Part shown: in pieces, positions 47,801-60,899 of the stretch
Layout: the number at the start of each line of letters is the position of its first letter
Position numbering within the stretch: position 1 is the stretch's first letter
Source of the DNA: Eledone cirrhosa
Taxonomy: Eukaryota
Assembly (NCBI GenBank): GCA_964016885.1
Contig: OZ024743.1
Coordinates: forward strand, 209,746,001 to 209,810,000
DNA: 64,000 nt
Reading direction: 5' to 3'
Position numbers and translations under genes: made by a program
Notes under the pieces: generated by a model
Database searches by the model: none
What the model saw: only the letters and a program-made list of their open reading frames with translations
What the model was told of the DNA's origin: nothing

Positions 47801-50800
47801 CAGTTTACCATCCTATAGCCACAGATGAAAGCTCTTCACTCCATAAGATATACCACAGTTTACCATCCTATAGCCACAGATGAAAGCTCTTCACCCCATA
47901 AGATATACCACAGTTTACCATCCTATAGCCACACATGAAAGCTCTTCACTCCATAAGATATACCACAGTTTACCATCCTATAGCCACACATGAAAGCTCT
48001 TCACCCCATAAGATATACCATAGTTTACCATCCTATAGCCACACATGAAAGCTCTTCACTCCATCAGATATACCACAGTTTACCATCCTATAGCCACACA
48101 TGAAAGCTCTTCACTCCATAAGATATACCACAGTTTACCATCCTATAGCCACAGATGAAAGCTCTTCACCCCATAAGATATACCACAGTTTACCATCCTA
48201 TAGCCACACATGAAAGCTCTTCACCCCATAAGATATACCACAGTTTAGCATCCTATTGCCACACATGAAAGTTCTTCACTCGATAAGATATACCACAGTT
48301 TACCAATCTATAGCCACACATGAAAGCTCTTCACTCCATAAGATATACCACAGTTTACCATCCTATAGCCAGATGAAAGCTCTTCACTCCATAAGATATA
48401 CGACAGTTTACCATCCTATAGCCACACATGAAATCTCTTCACTCCATAAGATATACCTCAGTTTACCATCCTATAGCCACAGATGAAAGCTCTTCACTCC
48501 ATAAGATATACCACAGTTTACCATCCTATAGCCACACATGAAAGCTCTTCACGCCATAAGATATACCTCAGTTTACCATCCTATAGCCACAGATGAAAGC
48601 TCTTCACTCCATAAGATATACCACAGTTTACTATCCGATAGCCACACATGAGAGCTCTTCACTCCATAAGATATACCACAGTTTACCATCCTATAGCCAC
48701 ACATGAAAGCTCTTCACTCCATAAGATATACCACAGTTGACCATCCTATAGCCACACATGAGAGCTCTTCACTCCATAAGATATACCACAGTTTACCATC
48801 CTATAGCCACACATGAAAGCTCTTCACTCCATAAGATATACCACCGTTTACCATCCTATGGCCACACATGAAAGCTCTTCACTCCATAAGATATACCACA
48901 GTTTACCATCCTATAGCCAGATGAAAGCTCTTCACTCCATAAAATATACCACAGTTTACCATCCTATAGCCACAGATGAAAGCTCTTCACTCCATAAGAT
49001 ATACCACAGTTTACCGTCCTATAGCCAGATGAAAGCTCTTCACTCCATAAGATATACCACAGTTTACCACCCTATAGCCACAGATGAAAGCTCTTCACTT
49101 CATGAGATATACCACAGTTTACCATCCTATAGCCACGCCACGGAAGAAAGCTCTTCACTCCATAAGATATACCACAGTTTACAATCCTATAGCCACAGAT
49201 GAAAGCTCTTCACTCCATGAGATATACCACAGTTTACCATCCTATGGCCACAGACGAATGCTCTTCACTCCATAAGATATACCACAGTTTACCATCCTAT
49301 AGCCACAGATGAAAGCTCTTCACTCCATAAGATATACCACAGTTTACCATCCTATAGCCACACATGAAAGCTCTTAACTCCATAAGATATACCACAGTTT
49401 ACCATCCTATAGCCACGCCACGGATGAAAGCTATTCACTCCATAAGATATACCACAGTTTACCATCCTATAGTCACACATGAAAGCTCTTCACTCCATAA
49501 GATATAACACAGTTTACCATCCTATAGCCAGATGAAAGCTCTTCACTCCATAAGCTATACCACAGTTTGCCATCCTATAGCCACAGATGAAAGCTCTTCA
49601 CTCCTTAAGATATACCACAGTTTACCATCTTGTAGCCACAGATGAAAGCTCTTCACTCCATAACACATACCACAGTTTACCATCCTATAGCCACAGATGA
49701 AAGCTGTTCACTCGATAAGATATACCACAGTTTACCATCCTATAGCCACACATGAAAGCGCTTCACTCCATGAGATATACCACAGTTTACCATCCTATAG
49801 CCACACATGAAAGCTCTTCACTCCAGAAGATATACCACAGTTTAACATCCTATAGCCAGATGAAAGCTCTTCACTCCATAAGATATACCACAGTTTACCA
49901 TCCTATAGCCACAGATGAAAGCTCTTCACTCGTTAAGATATACCACAGTTTACCATCCTATAGCCACAGATGAAAGCTCTTCACTCCATAAGATATACCA
50001 CAGTTCACCATCCTATAGCCACAGATGAAAGCTCTTCACTCCACAAGATATACCACAGTTTACCATCCTATAGCCACAGATGAAAGCTCTTCACTCCATA
50101 AGATATACCACAGTTTACCATCCTATAGCCACAGATGAAAGCTCTTCACCCCATAAGATATACCACAGTTTACCATCCTATAGCCACACATGAAAGCTCT
50201 TCACTCCATAAGATATACCACAGTTTACCATCCTATAGCCACAGATGAAAGCTCTTCACCCCATAAGATATACCATAGTTTACCATCCTATAGCCACACA
50301 TGAAAGCTCTTCACTCCATCAGATATACCACAGTTTACCATGCTATAGCCACACATGAAAGCTCTTCACTCCATAAGATATACCACAGTTTACCATCCTA
50401 TAGCCACAGATGAAAGCTCTTCACCCAATAAGATATACCACAGTTTACCATCCTATAGCCACACATGAAAGCTCTTCACCCCATAAGATATACCACAGTT
50501 TAGCATCCTATTGCCACACATGAAAGTTCTTCACTCGATAAGATATACCACAGTTTACCAATCTATAGCCACACATGAAAGCTCTTCACTCCATAAGATA
50601 TACCACAGTTTACCATCCTATAGCAAGATGAAAGCTCTTCACTCCATAAGATATACGACAGTTTACCATCCTATAGCCACACATGAAATCTCTTCAATCC
50701 ATAAGATATACCTCAGTTTACCATCTTATAGCCACAGATGAAAGCTCTTCACTCCATAAGATATACCACAGTTTACCATCCTATAGCCACACATGAAAGC

Positions 50801-53800
50801 TCTTCACTCCATAAGATATACCACAGTTTACCATCCTATAGCCACACATGAAAGCTCTTCACTCCATAAGATATACCACAGTTTACCATGCTATAGCCAC
50901 AGATGAAAGCTGTTCACTCCATAAGATATACCACAGTTTACCATCCTATAGCCACACATGAAAGCTCTTCACTCCATAAGATATACCACAGTTTACCATC
51001 CTATAGCCACAGATGAAAGCTCTTCACCCCATAAGATATACCACAGTTTACCATCCTATAGCCACACATGAAAGCTCTTCACTACATAAGATATACCACA
51101 GTTTACCATCCTATAGCCACACATGAAAGCTCTTCACTCCATAAGATATACCACAGTTTACCATCCTATAGCCACAGATGAAAGCTCTCCACCCCATAAG
51201 ATATACCACAGTTTACCATCCTATTGCCACACATGAAAGCTCTTCACTCTATAAGATATACCACAGTTTACCATCCTATAGCCAGATGAAAGCTCTTCAC
51301 TCCATAAGATATACGACAGTTTACCATCCTATAGCCACACATGAAATCTCTTCACTCCATAAGATATACCTCAGTTTACCATCCTATAGCCACAGATGAA
51401 AGCTCTTCACTCCATAAGATATACCACAGTTTACCATCCTATAGCCACACATGAAAGCTCTTCACGCCATAAGATATACCTCAGTTTACCATCCTATAGC
51501 CACAGATGAAAGCTCTTCACTCCATAAGATATACCACAGTTCACTATCCTATAGCCACACATGAGAGCTCTTCACTCCATAAGATATACCACAGTTTACC
51601 ATCCTATGGCCACACATGAAAGCTCTTCACCCCATAAGATATACCACAGTTTACCATCCTATAGCCAGATGAAAGCTCTTCACTCCGTAAAATATACCAC
51701 AGTTTACCATCCTATAGCCACACATGAAAGCTCTTCACTCCATAAGATATACCACAGTTGCCCATCCTATAGCCACACATGAGAGCTCTTCACTCCATAA
51801 GATATGCCACAGTTTACCATCCTATAGCCACACATGAAAGCTCTTCACTCCATAAGATATACCACAGTTTACAATCCTATAGCCACAGATGAAAGCTCTT
51901 CACTCCATGAGATATACCACAGTTTACCATCCTATGGCCACAGACGAATGCTCTTCACTCCATAAGATATACCACAGTTTACCATCCTATAGCCACAGAT
52001 GAAAGCTCTTCACTCCATAAGATATACCACAGTTTACCATCCTATTGCCACACATGAAAGCTCTTCACTCCATAAGATATACCACAGTTTACCATCCTAT
52101 AGCCAGATGAAAGCTCTTCACTCCATAAGATATACGACAGTTTACCATCCTATAGTCACACATGAAAGCTCTTCACTCCATAAGATATACCACAGTTTAC
52201 CATCCTATGGCCACAGATGAAAGCTCTTCACCCCATAAGATATACCACAGTTTACCATCCTATAGCCACACATGAAAGCTCTTCACCCCATAAGATATAC
52301 CACAGTTTAGCATCCTATTGCCACACATGAAAGTTCTTCACTCGATAAGATATACCACAGTTTACCAATCTATAGCCACACATGAAAGCTCTTCACTCCA
52401 TAAGATATACCACAGTTTACCATCCTATAGCAAGATGAAAGCTCTTCACTCCATAAGATATACGACAGTTTACCATCCTATAGCCACACATGAAAGCTCT
52501 TCAATCCATAAGATATATCTCAGTTTACCATCTTATAGCCACAGATGAAATCTGTTCACTCCATAAGATATACCACAGTTTACCATCCTATAGCCACACA
52601 TGAAAGCTCTTCACTCCATAAGATATACCACAGTTTACCATCCTATAGCCACAGATGAAAGCTCTTCACCCCATAAGATATACCACAGTTTACCATCCTA
52701 TAGCCACACATGAAAGCTCTTCACTACATAAGATATACCACAGTTTACCATCCTATAGCCACACATGAAAGCTCTTCACTCCATAAGATATACCACAGTT
52801 TACCATCCTATAGCCACAGATGAAAGCTCTTCACCCCATAAGATATACCACAGTTTACCATCCTATTGCCACACATGAAAGCTCTTCACTCCATAAGATA
52901 TACCACAGTTTACCATCCTATAGCCAGATGAAAGCTCTTCACTCCATAAGATATACGACAGTTTACCATCCTATAGCCACACATGAAATCTCTTCACTCC
53001 ATAAGATATACCTCAGTTTACCATCCTATAGCCACAGATGAAAGCTCTTCACTCCATAAGATATACCACAGTTTACCATCCTATAGCCACACATGAAAGC
53101 TCTTCACGCCATAAGATATACCTCAGTTTACCATCCTATAGCCACAGATGAAAGCTCTTCACTCCATAAGATATACCACAGTTTACTATCCGATAGCCAC
53201 ACATGAGAGCTCTTCACTCCATAAGATATACCACAGTTTACCATCCTATAGCCACACATGAAAGCTCTTCACTCCATAAGATATACCACAGTTGACCATC
53301 CTATAGCCACACATGAGAGCTCTTCACTCCATAAGATATACCACAGTTTACCATCCTATAGCCACACATGAAAGCTCTTCACTCCATAAGATATACCACC
53401 GTTTACCATCCTATGGCCACACATGAAAGCACTTCACTCCATAAGATATACCACAGTTTACCATCCTATAGCCAGATGAAAGCTCTTCACTCCATAAAAT
53501 ATACCACAGTTTACCATCCTATAGCCACAGATGAAAGCTCTTCACTCCATAAGATATACCACAGTTTACCGTCCTATAGCCAGATGAAAGCTCTTCACTC
53601 CATAAGATATACCACAGTTTACCACCCTATAGCCACAGATGAAAGCTCTTCACTTCATGAGATATACCACAGTTTACCATCCTATAGCCACGCCACGGAA
53701 GAAAGCTCTTCACTCCATAAGATATACCACAGTTTACTATCCTATAGTCACACATGAAAGCTCTTCACTCCATAAGATATAACACAGTTTACCATCCTAT

Positions 53801-56800
53801 AGCCAGATGAAAGCTCTTCACTCCATAAGATATACCACAGTTTGCCATCCTATAGCCACAGATGAAAGCTCTTCACTCCTTAAGATATACCACAGTTTAC
53901 CATCTTGTAGCCACAGATGAAAGCTCTTCACTCCATAACATATACCACAGTTTACCATCCTATAGCCACAGATGAAAGCTGTTCACTCGATAAGATATAC
54001 CACAGTTTACCATCCTATAGCCACACATGAAAGCGCTTCACTCCATGAGATATACCACAGTTTACCATCCTATAGCCACACATGAAAGCTCTTCACTCCA
54101 GAAGATATACCACAGTTTACCATCCTATAGCCAGATGAAAGCTCTTCACTCCATAAGATATACCACAATTTACCATCCTATAGCCACAGATGAAAGCTCT
54201 TCACTCGTTAAGATATACCACAGTTTACCATCCTATAGCCACAGATGAAAGCTCTTCACTCCATAAGATATACCACAGTTTACCATCCTATAGCCACAGA
54301 TGAAAGCTCTTCACCCCATAAGATATACCACAGTTTACCATCCTATAGCCACACATGAAAGCTCTTCACTCCATAAGATATACCACAGTTTACCATCCTA
54401 TAGCCACACATGAAAGCTCTTCACCCCATAAGATATACCATAGTTTACCATCCTATAGCCACACATGAAAGCTCTTCACTCCATCAGATATACCACAGTT
54501 TACCATCCTATAGCCACACATGAAAGCTCTTCACTCCATAAGATATACCACAGTTTACCATCCTATAGCCACAGATGAAAGCTCTTCACCCCATAAGATA
54601 TACCACAGTTTACCATCCTATAGCCACACATGAAAGCTCTTCACCCCATAAGATATACCACAGTTTAGCATCCTATTGCCACACATGAAAGTTCTTCACT
54701 CGATAAGATATACCACAGTTTACCAATCTATAGCCACACATGAAAGCTCTTCACTCCATAAGATATACCACAGTTTAACATCCTATAGCAAGATGAAAGC
54801 TCTTCACTCCATAAGATATACGACAGTTTACCATCCTATAGCCACACATGAAAGCTCTTCAATCCATAAGATATACCTCAGTTTACCATCTTATAGCCAC
54901 AGATGAAAGCTCTTCACTCCATAAGATATACCACAGTTTACCATCCTATAGCCACACATGAAAGCTCTTCACTCCATAAGATATACCACAGTTTACCATG
55001 CTATAGCCACAGATGAAAGCTGTTCACTCCATAAGATATACCACAGTTTACCATCCTATAGCCACACATGAAAGCTCTTCAATCCATAAGATATACCACA
55101 GTTTACCATCCTATAGCCACAGATGAAAGCTCTTCACCCCATAAGATATACCACAGTTTACCATCCTATAGCCACACATGAAAGCTCTTCACTACATAAG
55201 ATATACCACAGTTTACCATCCTATAGCCACACATGAAAGCTCTTCACTCCATAAGATATACCACAGTTTACCATCCTATAGCCACAGATGAAAGCTCTCC
55301 ACCCCATAAGATATACCACAGTTTACCATCCTATTGCCACACATGAAAGCTCTTCACTCTATAAGATATACCACAGTTTACCATCCTATAGCCAGATGAA
55401 AGCTCTTCACTCCGTAAAATATACCACAGTTTACCATCCTATAGCCACACATGAAAGCTCTTCACTCCATAAGATATACCACAGTTGCCCATCCTATAGC
55501 CACACATGAGAGTTCTTCACTCCATAAGATATGCCACAGTTTACCATCCTATAGCCACACATGAAAGCTCTTCACTCCATAAGATATACCACTGTTTACC
55601 ATCCTATGGCCACACATGAAAGCACTTCACTCCATAAGATATACCACAGTTTACCATCCTATAGCCAGATGAAAGCTCTTCACTCCATAAAATATACCAC
55701 AATTTACCATCCTATAGCCACAGATGAAAGCTCTTCACTCCATAAGATATACCACAGTTTACCGTCCTATAGCCAGATGAAAGCTCTTCACTCCATAAGA
55801 TATACCACAGTTTACCACCCTATAGCCACAGATGAAAGCTCTTCACTTCATGAGATATACCACAGTTTACCATCCTATAGCCACGCCACGGAAGAAAGCT
55901 CTTCACTCCATAAGATATACCACAGTTTACAATCCTATAGCCACAGATGAAAGCTCTTTACTCCATGAGATATACTACAGTTTCCCATCCTATGGCCACA
56001 GACGAATGCTCTTCACTCCATAAGATATACCACAGTTTACCATCCTATAGCCACACATGAAAGCTCTTCACTCCATAAGATATACCACCGTTTACCATCC
56101 TATGGCCACACATGAAAGCTCTTCACTCCATAAGATATACCACAGTTTACCATCCTATAGCCAGATGAAAGCTCTTCACTCCATAAAATATACCACAGTT
56201 TACCATCCTATAGCCACAGATGAAAGCTCTTCACTCCATAAGATATACCACAGTTTACCGTCCTATAGCCAGATGAAAGCTCTTCACACCATAAGATATA
56301 CCACAGTTTACCAGCCTATAGCCACAGATGAAAGCTCGTCACTTCATGAGATATACCACAGTTTACCATCCTATAGCCACGCCATGGAAGAAAGCTCTTC
56401 ACTCCATAAGATATACCACAGTTTACAAACCTATAGCCACAGATGAAAGCTCTTCACTCCATGAGATATACCACAGTTTACCATCCTATGGCCACAGACG
56501 AATGCTCTTCACTCCATAAGATATACCACAGTTTACCATCCTATAGCCACAGATGAAAGCTCTTCACTCCATAAGATATACCACAGTTTACCATCCTATA
56601 GCCACACATGAAAGCTCTTAACTCCATAAGATATACCACAGTTTACCATCCTATAGCCACGCCATGGATGAAAGCTATTCACTCCATAAGATATACCACA
56701 GTTTACCATCCTATAGTCACACATGAAAGCTCTTCACTCCATAAGATATAACACAGTTTACCATCCTATAGCCAGATGAAAGCTCTTCACTCCATAAGAT

Positions 56801-59800
56801 ATACCACAGTTTGCCATCCTATAGCCACAGATGAAAGCTCTTCACTCCTTAAGATATACCACAGTTTACCATCTTGTAGCCACAGATGAAAGTTCTTCAC
56901 TCCATAACATATACCACAGTTTACCATCCTATAGCCACAGATGAAAGCTGTTCACTCGATAAGATATACCACAGTTTAGCATCCTATAGCCACACATGAA
57001 AGCTCTTTACTCCATAAGATATTCCACAGTTTACCATCCTATAGCCACAGATGAAAGCTCTTCACCCCATAAGATATACCACAGTTTACCATCCTATAGC
57101 CACACATGAAAGCTCTTCACTACATAAGATATACCACAGTTTACCATCCTATAGCCACACATGAAAGCTCTTCACTCCATAAGATATACCACAGTTTACC
57201 ATCCTATAGCCAAAGATGAAAGCTCTCCACCCCATAAGATATACCACAGTTTACCATCCTATTGCCACACATGAAAGCTCTTCACTCTATAAGATATACC
57301 ACAGTTTACCATCCTATAGCCAGATGAAAGCTCTTCACTCCATAAGATATACGACAGTTTACCATCCTATAGCCACACATGAAATCTCTTCACTCCATAA
57401 GATATACCACAGTTTACCATCCTATAGCCACACATGAAAGCTCTTCACGCCATAAGATATACCTCAGTTTACCATCCTATAGCCACAGATGAAAGCTCTT
57501 AACTCCATAAGATATACCACAGTTTACTATCCTATAGCCACACATCAGAGCTCTTCACTCCATAAGATATACCACAGTTTACCATCCTATGGCCACACAT
57601 GGAAGCTCTTCACCCCATAAGATATACCACAGTTTACCATCCTATAGCCAGATGAAAGCACTTCACTCCGTAAAATATACCACAGTTTACCATCCTATAG
57701 CCACACATGAAAGCTCTTCACTCCATAAGATATACCACAGTTGACCATCCTATAGCCACACATGAGAGCTCTTCACTCCATAAGATATGCCACAGTTTAC
57801 CATCCTATAGCCACACATGAAAGCTCTTCACTCCATAATATATACCACTGTTTACCATCCTATGGCCACACATGAAAGCACTTCACTCCATAAGATATAC
57901 CACAGTTTACCATCCTATAGCCAGATGAAAGCTCTTCACTCCATAAAATATACCACAGTTTACCATCCTATAGCCACAGATGAAAGCTCTTCACTCCATA
58001 AGATATACCACAGTTTACCGTCCTATAGCCAGATGAAAGCTCTTCACTCCATAAGATATACCACAGTTTACCACCCTATAGCCACAGATGAAAGCTCTTC
58101 ACTCCATGAGATATACCACAGTTTACCATCCTATAGCCACGCCACGGAAGAAAGCTCTTCACTCCATAAGATATACCACAGTTTACAATCCTATAGCCAC
58201 AGATGAAAGCTCTTCACTCCATGAGATATACCACAGTTTACCATCCTATGGCCACAGACGAATGCTCTTCACTCCATAAGATATACCACAGTTTACCATC
58301 CTATAGCCACAGATGAAAGCTCTTCACTCCATAAGATATACCACAGTTTACCATCCTATAGCCACACATGAAAGCTCTTAACTCCATAAGATATACCACA
58401 GTTTACCATCCTATAGCCACGCCACGGATGAAAGCTATTCACTCCATAAGATATACCACAGTTTACCATCCTATAGTCACACATGAAAGCTCTTCACTCC
58501 ATAAGATATAACACAGTTTACCATCCTATAGCCAGATGAAAGCTCTTCACTCCATAAGATATACCACAGTTTGCCATCCTATAGCCACAGATGAAAGCTC
58601 TTCACTCCTTAAGATATACCACAGTTTACCATCTTGTAGCCACAGATGAAAGCTCTTAACTCCATAACATATACCACAGTTTACCATCCTATAGCCACAG
58701 ATGAAAGCTGTTCACTCGATAAGATATACCACAGTTTACCATCCTATAGCCACACATGAAAGCGCTTCACTCCATGAGATATACCAGAGTTTACCATCCT
58801 ATAGCCACACATGAAAGCTCTTCAATCCAGAAGATATACCACAGTTTACCATCCTATAGCCAGATGAAAGCTCTTCACTCCATAAGATATACCACAGTTT
58901 ACCATCCTATAGCCACAGATGAAAGCTCTTCACTCGTTAAGATATACCACAGTTTACCATCCTATAGCCACAGATGAAAGCTCTTCACTCCATAAGATAT
59001 ACCACAGTTCACCATCCTATAGCCACAGATGAAAGCTCTTCACTCCACAAGATATACCACAGTTTACCATCCTATAGCCACAGATGAAAGCTCTTCACTC
59101 CATAAGATATACCACAGTTTACCATCCTATAGCCACAGATGAAAGCTCTTCACCCCATAAGATATACCACAGTTTACCATCCTATAGCCACACATGAAAG
59201 CTCTTCACTCCATAAGATATACCACAGTTTACCATCCTATAGCCACAGATGAAAGCTCTTCACCCCATAAGATATACCATAGTTTACCATCCTATAGCCA
59301 CACATGAAAGCTCTTCACTCCATCAGATATACCACAGTTTACCATCCTATAGCCACACATGAAAGCTCTTCACTCCATAAGATATACCACAGTTTACCAT
59401 CCTATAGCCACAGATGAAAGCTCTTCACCCCATAAGATATACCACAGTTTACCATCCTATAGCCACACATGAAAGCTCTTCACCCCATAAGATATACCAC
59501 AGTTTAGCATCCTATTGCCACACATGAAAGTTCTTCACTCGATAAGATATACCACAGTTTACCAATCTATAGCCACACATGAAAGCTCTTCACTCCATAA
59601 GATATACCACAGTTTACCATCCTATAGCAAGATGAAAGCTCTTCACTCCATAAGATATACGACAGTTTACCATCCTATAGCCACACATGAAAGCTCTTCA
59701 ATCCATAAGATATACCTCAGTTTACCATCTTATAGACACAGATGAAAGCTCTTCACTCCATAAGATATACCACAGTTTACCATCCTATAGCCACACATGA

Positions 59801-60899
59801 AAGCTCTTCACTCCATAAGATATACCACAGTTTACCATCCTATAGCCACACATGAAAGCTCTTCACTCCATAAGATATACCACAGTTTACCATGCTATAG
59901 CCACACATGAAAGCTCTTCACTCCATAAGATATACCACAGTTTACCATCCTATAGCCACAGATGAAAGCTCTTCACCCCATAAGATATACCACAGTTTAC
60001 CATCCTATAGCCACACATGAAAGCTCTTCACTACATAAGATATACCACAGTTTACCATCCTATAGCCACACATGAAAGCTCTTCAGTCCATAAGATATAC
60101 CACAGTTTACCATCCTATAGCCACAGATGAAAGCTCTCCACCCCATAAGATATACCACAGTTTACCATCCTATTGCCACACATGAAAGCTCTTCACTCCA
60201 TAAGATATACCACAGTTTACCATCCTATAGCCAGATGAAAGCTCTTCACTCCGTAAAATATACCACAGTTTAACATCCTATAGCCACACATGAAAGCTCT
60301 TCACTCCATAAGATATACCACAGTTGACCATCCTATAGCCACACATGAGAGCTCTTCACTCCATAAGATATGCCACAGTTTACCATCCTATAGCCACACA
60401 TGAAAGCTCTTCACTCCATAAGATATACCACTGTTTACCATCCTATGGCCACACATGAAAGCACTTCACTCCATAAGATATACCACAGTTTACCATCCTA
60501 TAGCCAGATGAAAGCTCTTCACTCCATAACATATACCACAGTTTACCATCCTATAGCCACAGATGAAAGCTCTTCACTCCATAAGATATACCACAGTTTA
60601 CCGTCCTATAGCCAGATGAAAGCTCTTCACTCCATAAGATATACCACAGTTTACCACCCTATAGCCACAAATGAAAGCTCTTCACTCCATGAGATATACC
60701 ATAGTTTACCATCCTATAGCCACGCCACGGAAGAAAGCTCTTCACTCCATAAGATATACCACAGTTTACAATCCTATAGCCACAGATGAAAGCTCTTCAC
60801 TCCATGAGATATACCACAGTTTACCATCCTATGGCCACAGACGAATGCTCTTCACTCCATAAGATATACCACAGTTTACCATCCTATAGCCACAGATGA

